Positions 27,234 to 36,823 are shown, counted from the stretch's first letter. The stretch: 63,990 nucleotides of DNA from Bacteroides salyersiae (GCA_963632775.1 CAVGUW010000006.1:1-63990), one strand, 5' to 3'. The notes: a model not told the origin generated them from the sequence alone. Numbers and translations: made by a program.

Positions 27234-28643
27234 TCAGAAGCCGTATGACTTCGGGTTGAAGGTAGGAACGTCGTTCTGGTACTTCTTCACGCAGTAGTCG
27301 TAGAACTTGTCCTCGTCGTCGGGAAGTGCCTCGAGCTCGACAATGATCTTGTCAAGGACATCGAGCTGCTTCTTTGTGAGGATGAGCTCTTTCTTGTCGT
27401 ATCCGCCACGGACGATCTTTGCTGCTGTGATACCAGCTGCCTTTGCACGGAGGTAGTAGTTGTCACCGTTCTCGGCGATTGCCTTACCGATCTGCCATGC
27501 GTTGTCGTAGGCGAGGATGTATCCCTCGGGACCCCTCGTCCTGTCTGTGGTCATGTAGAGGTCCCTGAGGACTTTACCCTGGCCTGTTGCGATTGCAGTG
27601 TTCATGAGTGATGTCTCGTATCCGAGTGATCCGAGCCAGCACTGGACAGATGAACCACCGAATTCGGGGTGGTACTCGACGGACTCGTTGGACCAGAGGT
27701 CACAGCACTGTGCCATGAGGTTACCCTGAAGATCCGCGTGAGCGCACTGACAGTTCTTTCCTTCCTGAGCGCAAGGTGTACCTGTGATCGATTTGATTAT
27801 GGGTCCCTCGTAACCGCAGTCCTTGTCAGGTCCCATTGCACCTGCCTCGATTGCGACCATTGTCCTTGCTGCGGAGATTGCCCTTGTTACAGCGGAGAAT
27901 GTCCTCTGAACATCGTTGTCAAGGAGACCTCCTGCCATGAACATCGAAACGTTCGCACCTGAACAGTTGGTGTCTCCTCCGGGGATGACCTTGTTCTTCT
28001 TTGCGATGTCGACCATCTCGGTCCAGATGTGTTCCATATCGATGGATCCGAGGTAACCTACTCCGAAGAGGAAGGCGGTGATGTCTCCGTGTGTGACAGC
28101 GTAATCTGCGAACTCTTTTCCACCGACTGACTCGACGGAAAGGACATCTGCACCGTTCTCACATGCGTTCTCACAGCACTCGATGAACTTCTCGGGGTAT
28201 CCGAACTTCTTGTCCATTCCCTCTCTGAGTCCGTGCTCTGCCTCACGCTGGTCGGGGATTGTGTGCCTTACAGCGAGGTTGATTCCGTACTCTTTGTGGT
28301 ATTTCTCTGTGATCGCTTTCTGTCCGGCGACAACTGAAGCTGCCATTCCGGGGACTGTTCCCATCTGTGAGACCCACTCTGTCTCGAGCTGGAGGTCGGG
28401 GAATCCGAGGGTCAATGCCCTTGTGATTGCGTCCTTGGAGATGTAGTCGACGTACTCTTTCGTGATCCTTTCTACCGATTTCTCGGTTCCTGCCCTGGGA
28501 GCGTAGTTGATCTCAGGGATGACCCTTCCTGCACCGACCTTGATTCCAAGACCGTAGGAAACGGGCTTCTTTGCATGTCCGAAAAGCATGTCGTCTGCTT
28601 TGTCGTATGCCATCTTAGTGAATTTTGTTGTTGCCATGTTCAT
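27234..28643 (-). CDS. mtaB: methanol:corrinoid protein Co-methyltransferase
   Basis: The 469-aa protein is collinear with Methanosarcina MtaB from end to end (e.g. IPEINYAPR, HTIPDQRE, ENGADVLSVESVGGKE, CAHADLQGNLMAQCCDLWSNESVEYHPEFGG). Confidence 0.9.
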   Translation of the reverse strand: MNMATTKFTKMAYDKADDMLFGHAKKPVSYGLGIKVGAGRVIPEINYAPRAGTEKSVERITKEYVDYISKDAITRALTLGFPDLQLETEWVSQMGTVPGMAASVVAGQKAITEKYHKEYGINLAVRHTIPDQREAEHGLREGMDKKFGYPEKFIECCENACENGADVLSVESVGGKEFADYAVTHGDITAFLFGVGYLGSIDMEHIWTEMVDIAKKNKVIPGGDTNCSGANVSMFMAGGLLDNDVQRTFSAVTRAISAARTMVAIEAGAMGPDKDCGYEGPIIKSITGTPCAQEGKNCQCAHADLQGNLMAQCCDLWSNESVEYHPEFGGSSVQCWLGSLGYETSLMNTAIATGQGKVLRDLYMTTDRTRGPEGYILAYDNAWQIGKAIAENGDNYYLRAKAAGITAAKIVRGGYDKKELILTKKQLDVLDKIIVELEALPDDEDKFYDYCVKKYQNDVPTFNPKSYGF

Positions 28644-29425
28644 TCGCCTCCAACGATCTCGTCCCAGTGTTCTCTGATCTTCTTCCAGTCGTATCCCTCA
28701 AGGATCTTGTCTGCGATCGGAGGTGTCTGAGGTGCTTTCTCGGAGTAGATTCCGAGATCGAATGATTCTGCGAAGTCCCTGTTGACTGCTCCACCGGCTG
28801 CCATGAAGGGGATGTTGATTCCTTTCTCCTGGAGGATCTTTGCTGCCCTGGGGAAAGCGGACATTGTCGTGGTCATGAGTGCTGTTCCTGTTACGAGGAA
28901 GGGCTTGACTTCTTCGACCTTTGCGACGAGGTCAACGACTGCGACATCCTTACCCATGTCGACGACGGTGAATCCGGATGATCTCATCATGACAGCTGCG
29001 ATGTTCTTTCCGATGTCGTGGGGGTCTCCCTCTGCTGCGTGCATGACAACGGTTCCTTTGGTTGTCCTTCCACCGGGAATCTGCTTCTCTGCGATTGCGA
29101 TTCCGACTTCCATGACCTTTGCGGCCATCATGATCTCAGGAAGGTAGTAGACGTGCTGTGCGTAGAGAACACCAACGATCTCCATACCAGCAACAAGTCC
29201 CTTGTTGATGACATCGAGAGGTGCGACGGTCTTGAGTGCGTTTGTGACGACGGGACCGATCTCTTTGAATTTCATGTACAAAACTGCGCTTGCGACTTCC
29301 TTGAGGACGGGGTCCGTGGGAAGCATCTTTGCTGCGACAGCTTCTGGCGTGTTGTCGTTTTCAGCCTCTGCGTCGTAACGCCTGAGGATGAAACTGTAGT
29401 CCAATTTCGATGTATCGAACATCAT
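28640..29425 (-). CDS. mtaC: methanol corrinoid protein (B12-binding)
   Basis: The 261-aa protein has an N-terminal helical cap followed by a B12-binding Rossmann domain. A DxHxxG-type cobalamin ligand motif (GDPHDIGKN) is present. The gene overlaps mtaB by 4 nt. Confidence 0.85.
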   Translation of the reverse strand: MMFDTSKLDYSFILRRYDAEAENDNTPEAVAAKMLPTDPVLKEVASAVLYMKFKEIGPVVTNALKTVAPLDVINKGLVAGMEIVGVLYAQHVYYLPEIMMAAKVMEVGIAIAEKQIPGGRTTKGTVVMHAAEGDPHDIGKNIAAVMMRSSGFTVVDMGKDVAVVDLVAKVEEVKPFLVTGTALMTTTMSAFPRAAKILQEKGINIPFMAAGGAVNRDFAESFDLGIYSEKAPQTPPIADKILEGYDWKKIREHWDEIVGGE

Positions 29426-29774
29426 GCTATCATTTCCTCCGTGAGATCCGCCTTTCGGTTTCTCTCACATGACGTGAAGGACATTCGGCTCGAATGAATT
29501 TAAACCTCCGAACATCACGGGTATCGGTTGTCATTAAAATAATATTTAAACTTTTCATATTATCAATGTTCGATGGATATATTATCCATCCATCATAGGT
29601 ATTTTTGGATCACTCTAACTACCCTCCTCTAATATACTATTATAATAGTAATAAGACGGAACTGCATGAAATCGTGATCTTTTCAATTCTTTGAGTTTTT
29701 TCTCAATCATTTTTTTAACGATCGTACTATGTATAATCAATAATATTTTTGTATAATATCGCATTATACAATTC

Positions 29775-31208
29775 ATGACATCCATCGTGCTTTTGAAGAA
29801 CAAGAAGAGCGGGAAGATCTATGCTTACGTCAATGAGAAGGTGTACGATGCCGAGAAAGGTAAGGATGTCTACAAGAGGAGATGCGTCGGACATCTAGAC
29901 CCGTTCACGGGAGAGATAATGCCCAATCGCGACAAGAGGGAGAGACCTCCGCTGAGATTGAGCGATGAGACGGGATTCGACATCATGGAGAGCATCGCGG
30001 ACGAGATAGGTCTGAAGGAATCCCTCCAGGCATCGTTCCCGGAATCGTGGCAGTATATCCTGAGGATGATCACCTCATGTCTATTCGACGGCAGGATACC
30101 GCCTGACGACCGCATGCCCGACACCCCCGACATCATGATGAGGATCATCGGTTCGATGAGGGCGGACAGCATCAGATCGTTCTTCAGGATATGGGGAAGG
30201 ATAAACTCCGGAGGGGGATATTCCAAGATGCATCTCTCCTCCTATGATGTATATGATAGTAGGAACTATTCCGCCATAGTGGGCGAGAGCGAGCTGATGA
30301 GGCCTTTGCTGACCGATTCCGAGACCGTCTTCGCCGATTCGACTAGATTGCCCATATTCTTCAGACGCAACAACGTGCCCCACTCATCCGACGGTCTGGA
30401 TGACGATAGCGAATTGGGCGAATGGGCATCCGATAGGGAGATCATGCACGTCTTCGGTAAATCCGAAGGGGACCAGGTGAACATCGAGAGGATAAGGTCG
30501 ATGATGGTACCGTATGTGATACACATAAGGGAAGGTACCGATCTCTTCGATTCTCTCGTGGACAGATACGGTATGGGGCTCCCCAACAGTACGGATGCGG
30601 ATGGAACGAGGGTGCACCGCACCATCATGCGCAACGTGGACGGGAGGAGGGAGTATGTGCACATCTTCTTCGATCCGATGAAGGCGGAGATGGATGATGC
30701 CACGTTCCTATCACAGATAGAGAGGTACAGGATGGAGATCGTCAACGGGAACCAGGTCAGGGACCACATGTCGTTCTACAGACGCTATTTCCTGATCGAA
30801 CCCGGTTCGGTGGAACTGAACAGCGAGGCCATCATGAAGAAGACGTCGAATTCAGGATTCGACATCGTCCTCTCGAACAGGGAGAAGAACGCCGAGAACG
30901 TCTCCATGTTGCTTACGGTCAGGAAGATGTCGGAGAACAACTTCGACGACATATTCAACGACGAGGACCGTATCCGTTTGAAGCTTTATCTGGAGAAGAA
31001 CATCAGGTACCGCTATTTCATCCAGTTCCTAGTGCTCGTACTGAAGACGGCGGTGTTCAACAGGACACGCGACTCCGGGATGTCCGTGAGGGAGGTGCTC
31101 ACGGCCATAAAGGACATAAGGGACGTAAAGGACCCATGGAAGAAGACCAAAGGTAACGTCCAACTCACCGATGTGCAGAGCAGGGTCCTGGACCTCCTCC
31201 GCGGTTGA
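29775..31208 (+). CDS. hypothetical protein, possibly an IS1634/IS4-like transposase derivative; paralog of 25120..26649
   Basis: The N-terminus SIVLLKNKKSGKIYAYVNEKVYDAEKGKDVYKRRCVGHLDPFTGEI matches the IS1634-like pattern. Blocks are shared with paralog A. Confidence 0.35.
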   Translation: MTSIVLLKNKKSGKIYAYVNEKVYDAEKGKDVYKRRCVGHLDPFTGEIMPNRDKRERPPLRLSDETGFDIMESIADEIGLKESLQASFPESWQYILRMITSCLFDGRIPPDDRMPDTPDIMMRIIGSMRADSIRSFFRIWGRINSGGGYSKMHLSSYDVYDSRNYSAIVGESELMRPLLTDSETVFADSTRLPIFFRRNNVPHSSDGLDDDSELGEWASDREIMHVFGKSEGDQVNIERIRSMMVPYVIHIREGTDLFDSLVDRYGMGLPNSTDADGTRVHRTIMRNVDGRREYVHIFFDPMKAEMDDATFLSQIERYRMEIVNGNQVRDHMSFYRRYFLIEPGSVELNSEAIMKKTSNSGFDIVLSNREKNAENVSMLLTVRKMSENNFDDIFNDEDRIRLKLYLEKNIRYRYFIQFLVLVLKTAVFNRTRDSGMSVREVLTAIKDIRDVKDPWKKTKGNVQLTDVQSRVLDLLRG

Positions 31209-32609
31209 TCAGCGTCTTACACCTATCACTATGTAATAATCCTCATCATCGCGGGTGAATATCACATCTAGATCGTTCGCGGAGAACATCTCCTCCATGA
31301 CATCGAGGTCCGGGAGGTAATCGTTGCATATCTCCTCCCCTCCCGAGTTGTGCACCTTGTTGATATGGTCCTTCGATGACGAATGGGCTATCGTCAGCGT
31401 ACCGCCTCTGACGAGTGCGTGCGACAGTATGTGTATCGCCTCCATCGGATCGGGGAAATGAGGGAAGCAGGAGTAACATACTATGCGATCGTACCTGCCC
31501 CTGTCCTCCATCGAATAGATATCCCTGACCTCGTATGAGAGCACATCCGATTCCGGATTCTTGGAACGTGCGACGGAGATCATGTTCTCGGAATAATCGA
31601 CGGCCACCACATGTCCCGTCCTTATCATCTTCAGATAACCGGGGATCATGACACCGGTACCGGTGCCGACATCCAGGACCTCGCTGTCCTCCTTGATGTT
31701 GAGGAGTCCGGTGATGTATCCCACCTTGCCCATATCGTGTATCGAGATGTGGTCCCAATCCTCCGCCCTCTCGTTGAAGAATCCCATCTGCTTGGGATTC
31801 CTCTTCCTCCTGCTCAGGAAGTCCTTTACCTTTGGAGATAACAAGTGTGGGAGTTCGTTCGGTACCACCACCTTGTATCCGTTCACCTCGCCGACCGTCA
31901 CGTCTATACCATAGACCTGACGGATGTTCTCAGAGGTGATTATCTCGTTCCCGCCCGCGGCGAATATCTTCCCGTCCTTCATCAGTATGAAACGGTTGCT
32001 GAACCTGAGCGCGAGATTGAGATCATGGTTGGTCATGACCGCACAGATACCGTTCTCCTTGATGATGTGGAACAGTCTGTGCATGACCTCGTATTGATTC
32101 TTGATATCGAGATTGCTGGTGGGTTCGTCGAGCAGCATGACCTTCGGTTGCTGGGCGACCGCACGGGCGATCTGTACCATCTGATACTCCCCGCCGGAGA
32201 TCTGATTCACGGGCTTGTCCGCGATCGGATTGAGCTCCATGATGTCGATGATCCTCCCTACGAGTCTGATATCGGTATCCTTCACATCCCACGTTATGTG
32301 TGGCCTACGGCCGATCAGGATGGATTCGAACACGGTGTTGCCGGATACGTGCGCCCTCTGAGGTACGTAACCTATAGATCTGGCTATCTCGTTGCTCGAA
32401 CTCTGTCTTATGTCATTCCCATCGACGAGGATGACACCGTCCTTCGGATCGTGTATGTGATTGATGCATTTCAGAAGGGTTGTCTTCCCGGCACCGTTCG
32501 GACCTAGGATGGATACGATGTCTCCCTTATCGGCATCGAAGGATATGCCGGATAGTACATCCCTCCCCTCACCGTAATCGAACACGATGCCGGATATGCT
32601 CAGCCTCAT
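31209..32609 (-). CDS. fusion of an ABC transporter ATP-binding domain (BtuD/FepC-like) with a class I SAM-dependent methyltransferase domain
   Basis: Residues 1-255 carry Walker A (GPNGAGKTTLL), the ABC signature (ISGGEYQMVQIARAV) and Walker B (VMLLDEPTSNLD). The C-terminal roughly 200 aa carry methyltransferase motif I (VLDVGTGTGVM) and post-I/II motifs. Confidence 0.75.
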   Translation of the reverse strand: MRLSISGIVFDYGEGRDVLSGISFDADKGDIVSILGPNGAGKTTLLKCINHIHDPKDGVILVDGNDIRQSSSNEIARSIGYVPQRAHVSGNTVFESILIGRRPHITWDVKDTDIRLVGRIIDIMELNPIADKPVNQISGGEYQMVQIARAVAQQPKVMLLDEPTSNLDIKNQYEVMHRLFHIIKENGICAVMTNHDLNLALRFSNRFILMKDGKIFAAGGNEIITSENIRQVYGIDVTVGEVNGYKVVVPNELPHLLSPKVKDFLSRRKRNPKQMGFFNERAEDWDHISIHDMGKVGYITGLLNIKEDSEVLDVGTGTGVMIPGYLKMIRTGHVVAVDYSENMISVARSKNPESDVLSYEVRDIYSMEDRGRYDRIVCYSCFPHFPDPMEAIHILSHALVRGGTLTIAHSSSKDHINKVHNSGGEEICNDYLPDLDVMEEMFSANDLDVIFTRDDEDYYIVIGVRR

Positions 32610-33661
32610 CTCCTGTACCTCCTGATCAACATGTAGATGAATGCGGGACCGCCGATCAACGATGTCAGCAATCCTACGGGAAGTACCTGAGGGAGTATGA
32701 TGTTGCGTGCGACGATGTTCGCCACCAACAGCAACAACGCACCGGTCAGCATGGACATCGGGATCAATGCCCTATGGTCCTCTCCGACCATCGTACGTGC
32801 GATATGCGGTCCGAGGAGACCGACGAATGATATTATGCCGAATCTCGAGACGACGAATGCTGTTGCGATTGCTGCTATGGTCATCCCTATCACAAGGAAC
32901 CTGTCGGTGTTCACACCCAATCCCCTGGCCACCTCGTCACCGGAGTTCATGGCGTTCATATCCCATCTTCTGGAATAGTAATACAGTGCGGAGACGAGCA
33001 GTACCAATGTGAGGACGGAATCCCACTTCCAATCGGACTTCGTCAGCGATCCGAACGTCCAGGAGACGATCGAACTCAGCTGTATCGGGTCCGCGATATA
33101 CTGCATCAGGGTCATACCCGCGGAGAATATGGCGCTCACGGCGATACCTGCGAGGATCATGGTCTCCGACGATATCTTGGTGACCTTGGTCAGGAACAGT
33201 ATCAACAATGTCGCAAGGATGGCCATCACGAATGCGGATAGCGTAGTGATACCTGTCGAAGAGGTGCCGACCAGGAATATGATCGAGAATGCCGCACCGA
33301 ATGCCGCCGCGTTCGATATACCCAGGGTATACGGCGATGCCAACGGGTTCCTCAGTACGCACTGCATCGCGGCACCCGCCAAGGACAACGCTGCACCTGA
33401 GACGATGGCGGCGACCGCTATCGGGAGGTCGATCCTCCAGATGAACCTCCCGATGGTGGATTCCGTGTCGAATGTGAGGATGGCGGATGTGATCTCGGCG
33501 ATGGAGAAATCCAGATTCCCGATGTACAATGATAACAGTGTGACCACGATGATGGCCAAGAGGATGGTGAGGATCCATCTCCCCTTCCTCTTGGAATCCT
33601 CCTTATACACCGCCTCGGATTCGGTCTCCTCGTCACCGAGATCATAGATCCTGTAATCCAT
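32606..33661 (-). CDS. iron-siderophore/cobalamin ABC transporter permease (FecCD/BtuC family)
   Basis: The 351-aa polytopic protein has FecCD-like conserved glycines. It overlaps the ATPase-fusion gene. Confidence 0.8.
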   Translation of the reverse strand: MDYRIYDLGDEETESEAVYKEDSKRKGRWILTILLAIIVVTLLSLYIGNLDFSIAEITSAILTFDTESTIGRFIWRIDLPIAVAAIVSGAALSLAGAAMQCVLRNPLASPYTLGISNAAAFGAAFSIIFLVGTSSTGITTLSAFVMAILATLLILFLTKVTKISSETMILAGIAVSAIFSAGMTLMQYIADPIQLSSIVSWTFGSLTKSDWKWDSVLTLVLLVSALYYYSRRWDMNAMNSGDEVARGLGVNTDRFLVIGMTIAAIATAFVVSRFGIISFVGLLGPHIARTMVGEDHRALIPMSMLTGALLLLVANIVARNIILPQVLPVGLLTSLIGGPAFIYMLIRRYRR

Positions 33662-33667
33662 CCTATC

Positions 33668-34768
33668 TCACCAGTCTAACTTGCCGACTCCGGAACCCTG
33701 TTTCTCCACGAGATCGTCCAATGTGATATCGCTCCCGATGTAGAAGAGCTTGAGCACAGCACCCATCTTCTCCTTGACATCGTAATCGAATGTCGTGGGA
33801 TCCAGAAGATTACCGATGTAATAAGCATTCATCAATTCGGACTCCCAGTTCGTACCGTAGTACTTCTCCACGAAGAGCGAATAGATGTTGCCGTCCTTCA
33901 CGGCCGCGATCCCTCCCAATATGCCACGTTCTTCATCGAACGTCTGCTTGGATGTCGAATCCGCGGTCATGCTGTCTATGAAGATGTATCTGGGATCCGC
34001 CTTCACGAGCTCCTTGTTGTCCGTCGTATACGGATTCCCGTTGTTCTTGTCCGGCATGACGTTGGTCACTCCGACGAGCGTGAAGGGTTCGAAGTTACCG
34101 CTGGTCCTGTACAGTCCGCCCTCCTTGTAATAGAACATGCCTCCGATGTAGCATGTCATATCGGCGAGGGTCTTGGATGAGTCCCTCATACCCTCGATCT
34201 CGCTGACCATGGAGGCCACTCCATCGATCAGTTCCTTGGCACGACTCTCCTTCCCGAGCACCTTACCGAGAAGTTCGATGTTCCTGTTGAACACATCCCC
34301 GCCAACGGTGTTGGAACCCTCTGCGTTGATACCGATCACAGGTATCCCGGTCTTATCCTGGAGACTATCCAACGTCTCCTTATCCGTCTTGGATGAGATT
34401 ATGAGTTGGGCATTCGTTCCGATTATATCGTTGAAGTTGTCCTCGCTCCCGACGTTCTTTATCCCCGTGACGTCGTGTGCGATACGATATGTGGCCTTGT
34501 AGTATCTCGCATTGACGCTACCATCATCGTTATCGATGCCCACCACCATGTCGACAGCTCCCAGATATTCCACGAATCTCAACGAACCCGCCGATAGACA
34601 GACGATCCTGTCCACATCATTCGGCACGGTGACCGTCCTATCGCGCATGTCCGTCACGGTTATGCCTTCGACGCTCCCGTCATTGTTGTAGAATATGATG
34701 CCGGCCGCCGGTACCGCCAATATGATCGCGACGATCAGTGTCGCGATTCTCCTTCTCTCAACCGTCAT
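33668..34768 (-). CDS. periplasmic binding protein (BtuF/FepB cluster A) for a corrinoid, heme or siderophore
   Basis: A signal anchor is present. The motif TVTDMRDRTVTVPNDVDRIVCLSAGSL..LGAVDMVVGI is typical of the family. Confidence 0.75.
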   Translation of the reverse strand: MTVERRRIATLIVAIILAVPAAGIIFYNNDGSVEGITVTDMRDRTVTVPNDVDRIVCLSAGSLRFVEYLGAVDMVVGIDNDDGSVNARYYKATYRIAHDVTGIKNVGSEDNFNDIIGTNAQLIISSKTDKETLDSLQDKTGIPVIGINAEGSNTVGGDVFNRNIELLGKVLGKESRAKELIDGVASMVSEIEGMRDSSKTLADMTCYIGGMFYYKEGGLYRTSGNFEPFTLVGVTNVMPDKNNGNPYTTDNKELVKADPRYIFIDSMTADSTSKQTFDEERGILGGIAAVKDGNIYSLFVEKYYGTNWESELMNAYYIGNLLDPTTFDYDVKEKMGAVLKLFYIGSDITLDDLVEKQGSGVGKLDW

Positions 34769-34798
34769 GATGTCATGAACACGGATTGATTATTAAAA

Positions 34799-35734
34799 AT
34801 GAGCATTATCGACTCAGGTAATGGGGTCATGATATTATATAGCACACTTTTATCACGACCCATGGAGAGTCGCTCGACAGCGATCAAGGAGATCATCGTC
34901 GGTGCAATCGTCGGTATCGCCGGCATGTTGCCTGGTATCAGCGGTGCCGTGCTTTGTGTTTGTTTCGGTATATACGAGAGATTGGTACGTGACATCGCCA
35001 AGCTACGCATCTACATCAAGAAGGATTTCTGGTTCATCTTCTTCCTTGGCGTGGGTGCCGTCATAGGTACCGTGTTCTCGGCCAAGGTGCTGTCGATCGC
35101 CATGGATGCATACCCTACAGAGTCGCTCTTCCTGTTCGTCGGACTGATCGCGGGTCAGATACCTTCGGTCTACCGCCTCACTACAAGGGACGGGAATGCG
35201 AAGCCGACGACGTACAACATCATCGCCCTCATCATCGGATTCGTCATAATGGGTTCGATGCTCGCCGTCGATCTGTTCGGCAGCGGGACGGATGTCACCG
35301 TGGACAGGGACCTCATGGGCATGCTGACCATGTTCGGCATCGGTATCATCGTCGCGGTGTCCTCCCTCATCCCGGGTATAAGCCACTCGACGTTCCTCAT
35401 CGTCTTCGGATTGTTCACCGTGTTCACGAACACCGTCGGGAACCTCGACATCCCGTTGCTCATCCCGTTGGGACTCGGTGCGATATTCGGATTCCTCGGA
35501 TTCTCCAAGGTTGTCCACTATGCGTTGGAGCACCACCACCGCACCACCTCGTTCCTCATATTGGGTCTGACGGTCGGTTCCATCATAACATTGGCGATCT
35601 CGTCCGGAATGGACGTCGACGGTATCGCCCATGCGATAGGCGGTCTCGTGACATTCATAATAGGGATGATCGTCAGTCTCTGGTTCGTTAAGAAGAGCGA
35701 GATGCAACAGATCTTCGCGGAAGAGACCGAATGA
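34799..35734 (+). CDS. DUF368 family membrane protein (polyprenyl-phosphate transporter-like)
   Basis: The polytopic protein has two internal repeats, each carrying a PGIS(G/H)S motif. Confidence 0.55.
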   Translation: MSIIDSGNGVMILYSTLLSRPMESRSTAIKEIIVGAIVGIAGMLPGISGAVLCVCFGIYERLVRDIAKLRIYIKKDFWFIFFLGVGAVIGTVFSAKVLSIAMDAYPTESLFLFVGLIAGQIPSVYRLTTRDGNAKPTTYNIIALIIGFVIMGSMLAVDLFGSGTDVTVDRDLMGMLTMFGIGIIVAVSSLIPGISHSTFLIVFGLFTVFTNTVGNLDIPLLIPLGLGAIFGFLGFSKVVHYALEHHHRTTSFLILGLTVGSIITLAISSGMDVDGIAHAIGGLVTFIIGMIVSLWFVKKSEMQQIFAEETE

Positions 35735-35959
35735 CGCTGGGAACACTATTCCTGAAGGAATAAAACCGAGTGATAATCATACGCACGGTCACACACCTCT
35801 GGTACATGTTTTCGTCAGATTTTCACCACGATTCGATATACTTCGAATAATGAATATCATTCATTGAATTCGTATTTATCACGATAATTCGTACATAAAT
35901 CGATTTTTTAATTCGAATTACGTAGAAAATTCACATGTGAATATGTAAGACCATTTCCT

Positions 35960-35968
35960 TTATATTTA
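35960..35968 (+). promoter_or_regulatory. TATA box of the por operon
   Basis: TTATATTTA lies about 37 nt upstream of the porG ATG. It is followed by the direct repeat ATCTAG-TT-ATCTAG. Confidence 0.4.
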
Positions 35969-36000
35969 TTAATCTAGTTATCTAGTCCCGTTGGTTCACT

Positions 36001-36558
36001 ATGGACATGGAAATATGTTGGCACGGAAGAGGCGGACAAGGAGTTGTCACCGCCAGTGAGATCCTTGCAGAGACCGTTGTAGGGGAGGACAAGTATGTCA
36101 AAGCGTTCCCTGAATTCGGACCTGAGAGGATGGGTGCGCCCATCAGAGCGTTCACCAGGATTTCAGAACAGCCAATAAGGATCCACACACAGATCTACGA
36201 GCCTGACGTCGTCGTAGTATTGGATGGTACACTTATTGGAAAGGTCGATGTGGCCAAAGGTCTCAAGAAAGGAGGCATCATCATCGCGAATTACCCCGGA
36301 ACCCCGGAGGAGTTGCAGAAGGCCATAGGAACCGATGCGGAATGTCACACCGTGAATGCTACCAAGATCTCCATGGAGGAGATCGGAAGGCCCGTCGCTA
36401 ACACGGCCATGCTTGGAGCACTCATCAAGTACAGGGGTGTCGTATCATACGAGGCACTCGAATATCAGATCGTTCAGAAGTTCACAGGTAAGCTCAACGA
36501 GAAGGCAATAAAAGCGAACCTTGCTGCACTGAACAGAGCATTCAGAGAGGTGATTTGA
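36001..36558 (+). CDS. porG: pyruvate:ferredoxin oxidoreductase gamma subunit
   Basis: The protein is 185 aa. The motif HGRGGQGVVTASEILAE is present. Confidence 0.85.
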   Translation: MDMEICWHGRGGQGVVTASEILAETVVGEDKYVKAFPEFGPERMGAPIRAFTRISEQPIRIHTQIYEPDVVVVLDGTLIGKVDVAKGLKKGGIIIANYPGTPEELQKAIGTDAECHTVNATKISMEEIGRPVANTAMLGALIKYRGVVSYEALEYQIVQKFTGKLNEKAIKANLAALNRAFREVI

Positions 36559-36821
36559 TGGACCACAACGATATGATCATAGGCTCACGCGTACACGGTG
36601 GAGGAGCCGAGAAGTTCGAGACAGGGGATTGGAGATCATTGACACCCGTCGTCGACATGGCGACATGCATCGACTGCATGACATGTTGGATCTACTGCCC
36701 CGACAGCTGTATCATCGTAGAGAACAACGAGATGGTCGGTATCAAGCTCACACACTGCAAAGGATGCGGGATCTGTGCGAAGATGTGCCCCAAGGATGCC
36801 ATCGTAATGAAGGAGGTCTGA
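36555..36821 (+). CDS. porD: pyruvate:ferredoxin oxidoreductase delta subunit (two-cluster 4Fe-4S ferredoxin)
   Basis: The protein is 88 aa. Two Cys clusters are present: CIDCMTCWIYCP and CKGCGICAKMCP. Confidence 0.85.
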   Translation: MMDHNDMIIGSRVHGGGAEKFETGDWRSLTPVVDMATCIDCMTCWIYCPDSCIIVENNEMVGIKLTHCKGCGICAKMCPKDAIVMKEV

Positions 36822-36823
36822 AG

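Noticed and set aside
26676-29665. 10-bp inverted match (TCCGTCTTAT / ATAAGACGGA) around mtaCB, as possible terminal inverted repeats of a mobile cassette
   Set aside because: It is only 10 bp, so a chance match between two roughly 100-bp spacers is not negligible (on the order of 1%). No target-site duplication or longer inverted repeat was found. It is mentioned in the mtaCB finding but is not called as a mobile element.
35003-35746. 247-aa minus-strand ORF rich in Asp, Glu and Arg
   Set aside because: It is antisense to the DUF368 membrane protein, which has convincing transmembrane repeat structure. It is rejected as spurious.
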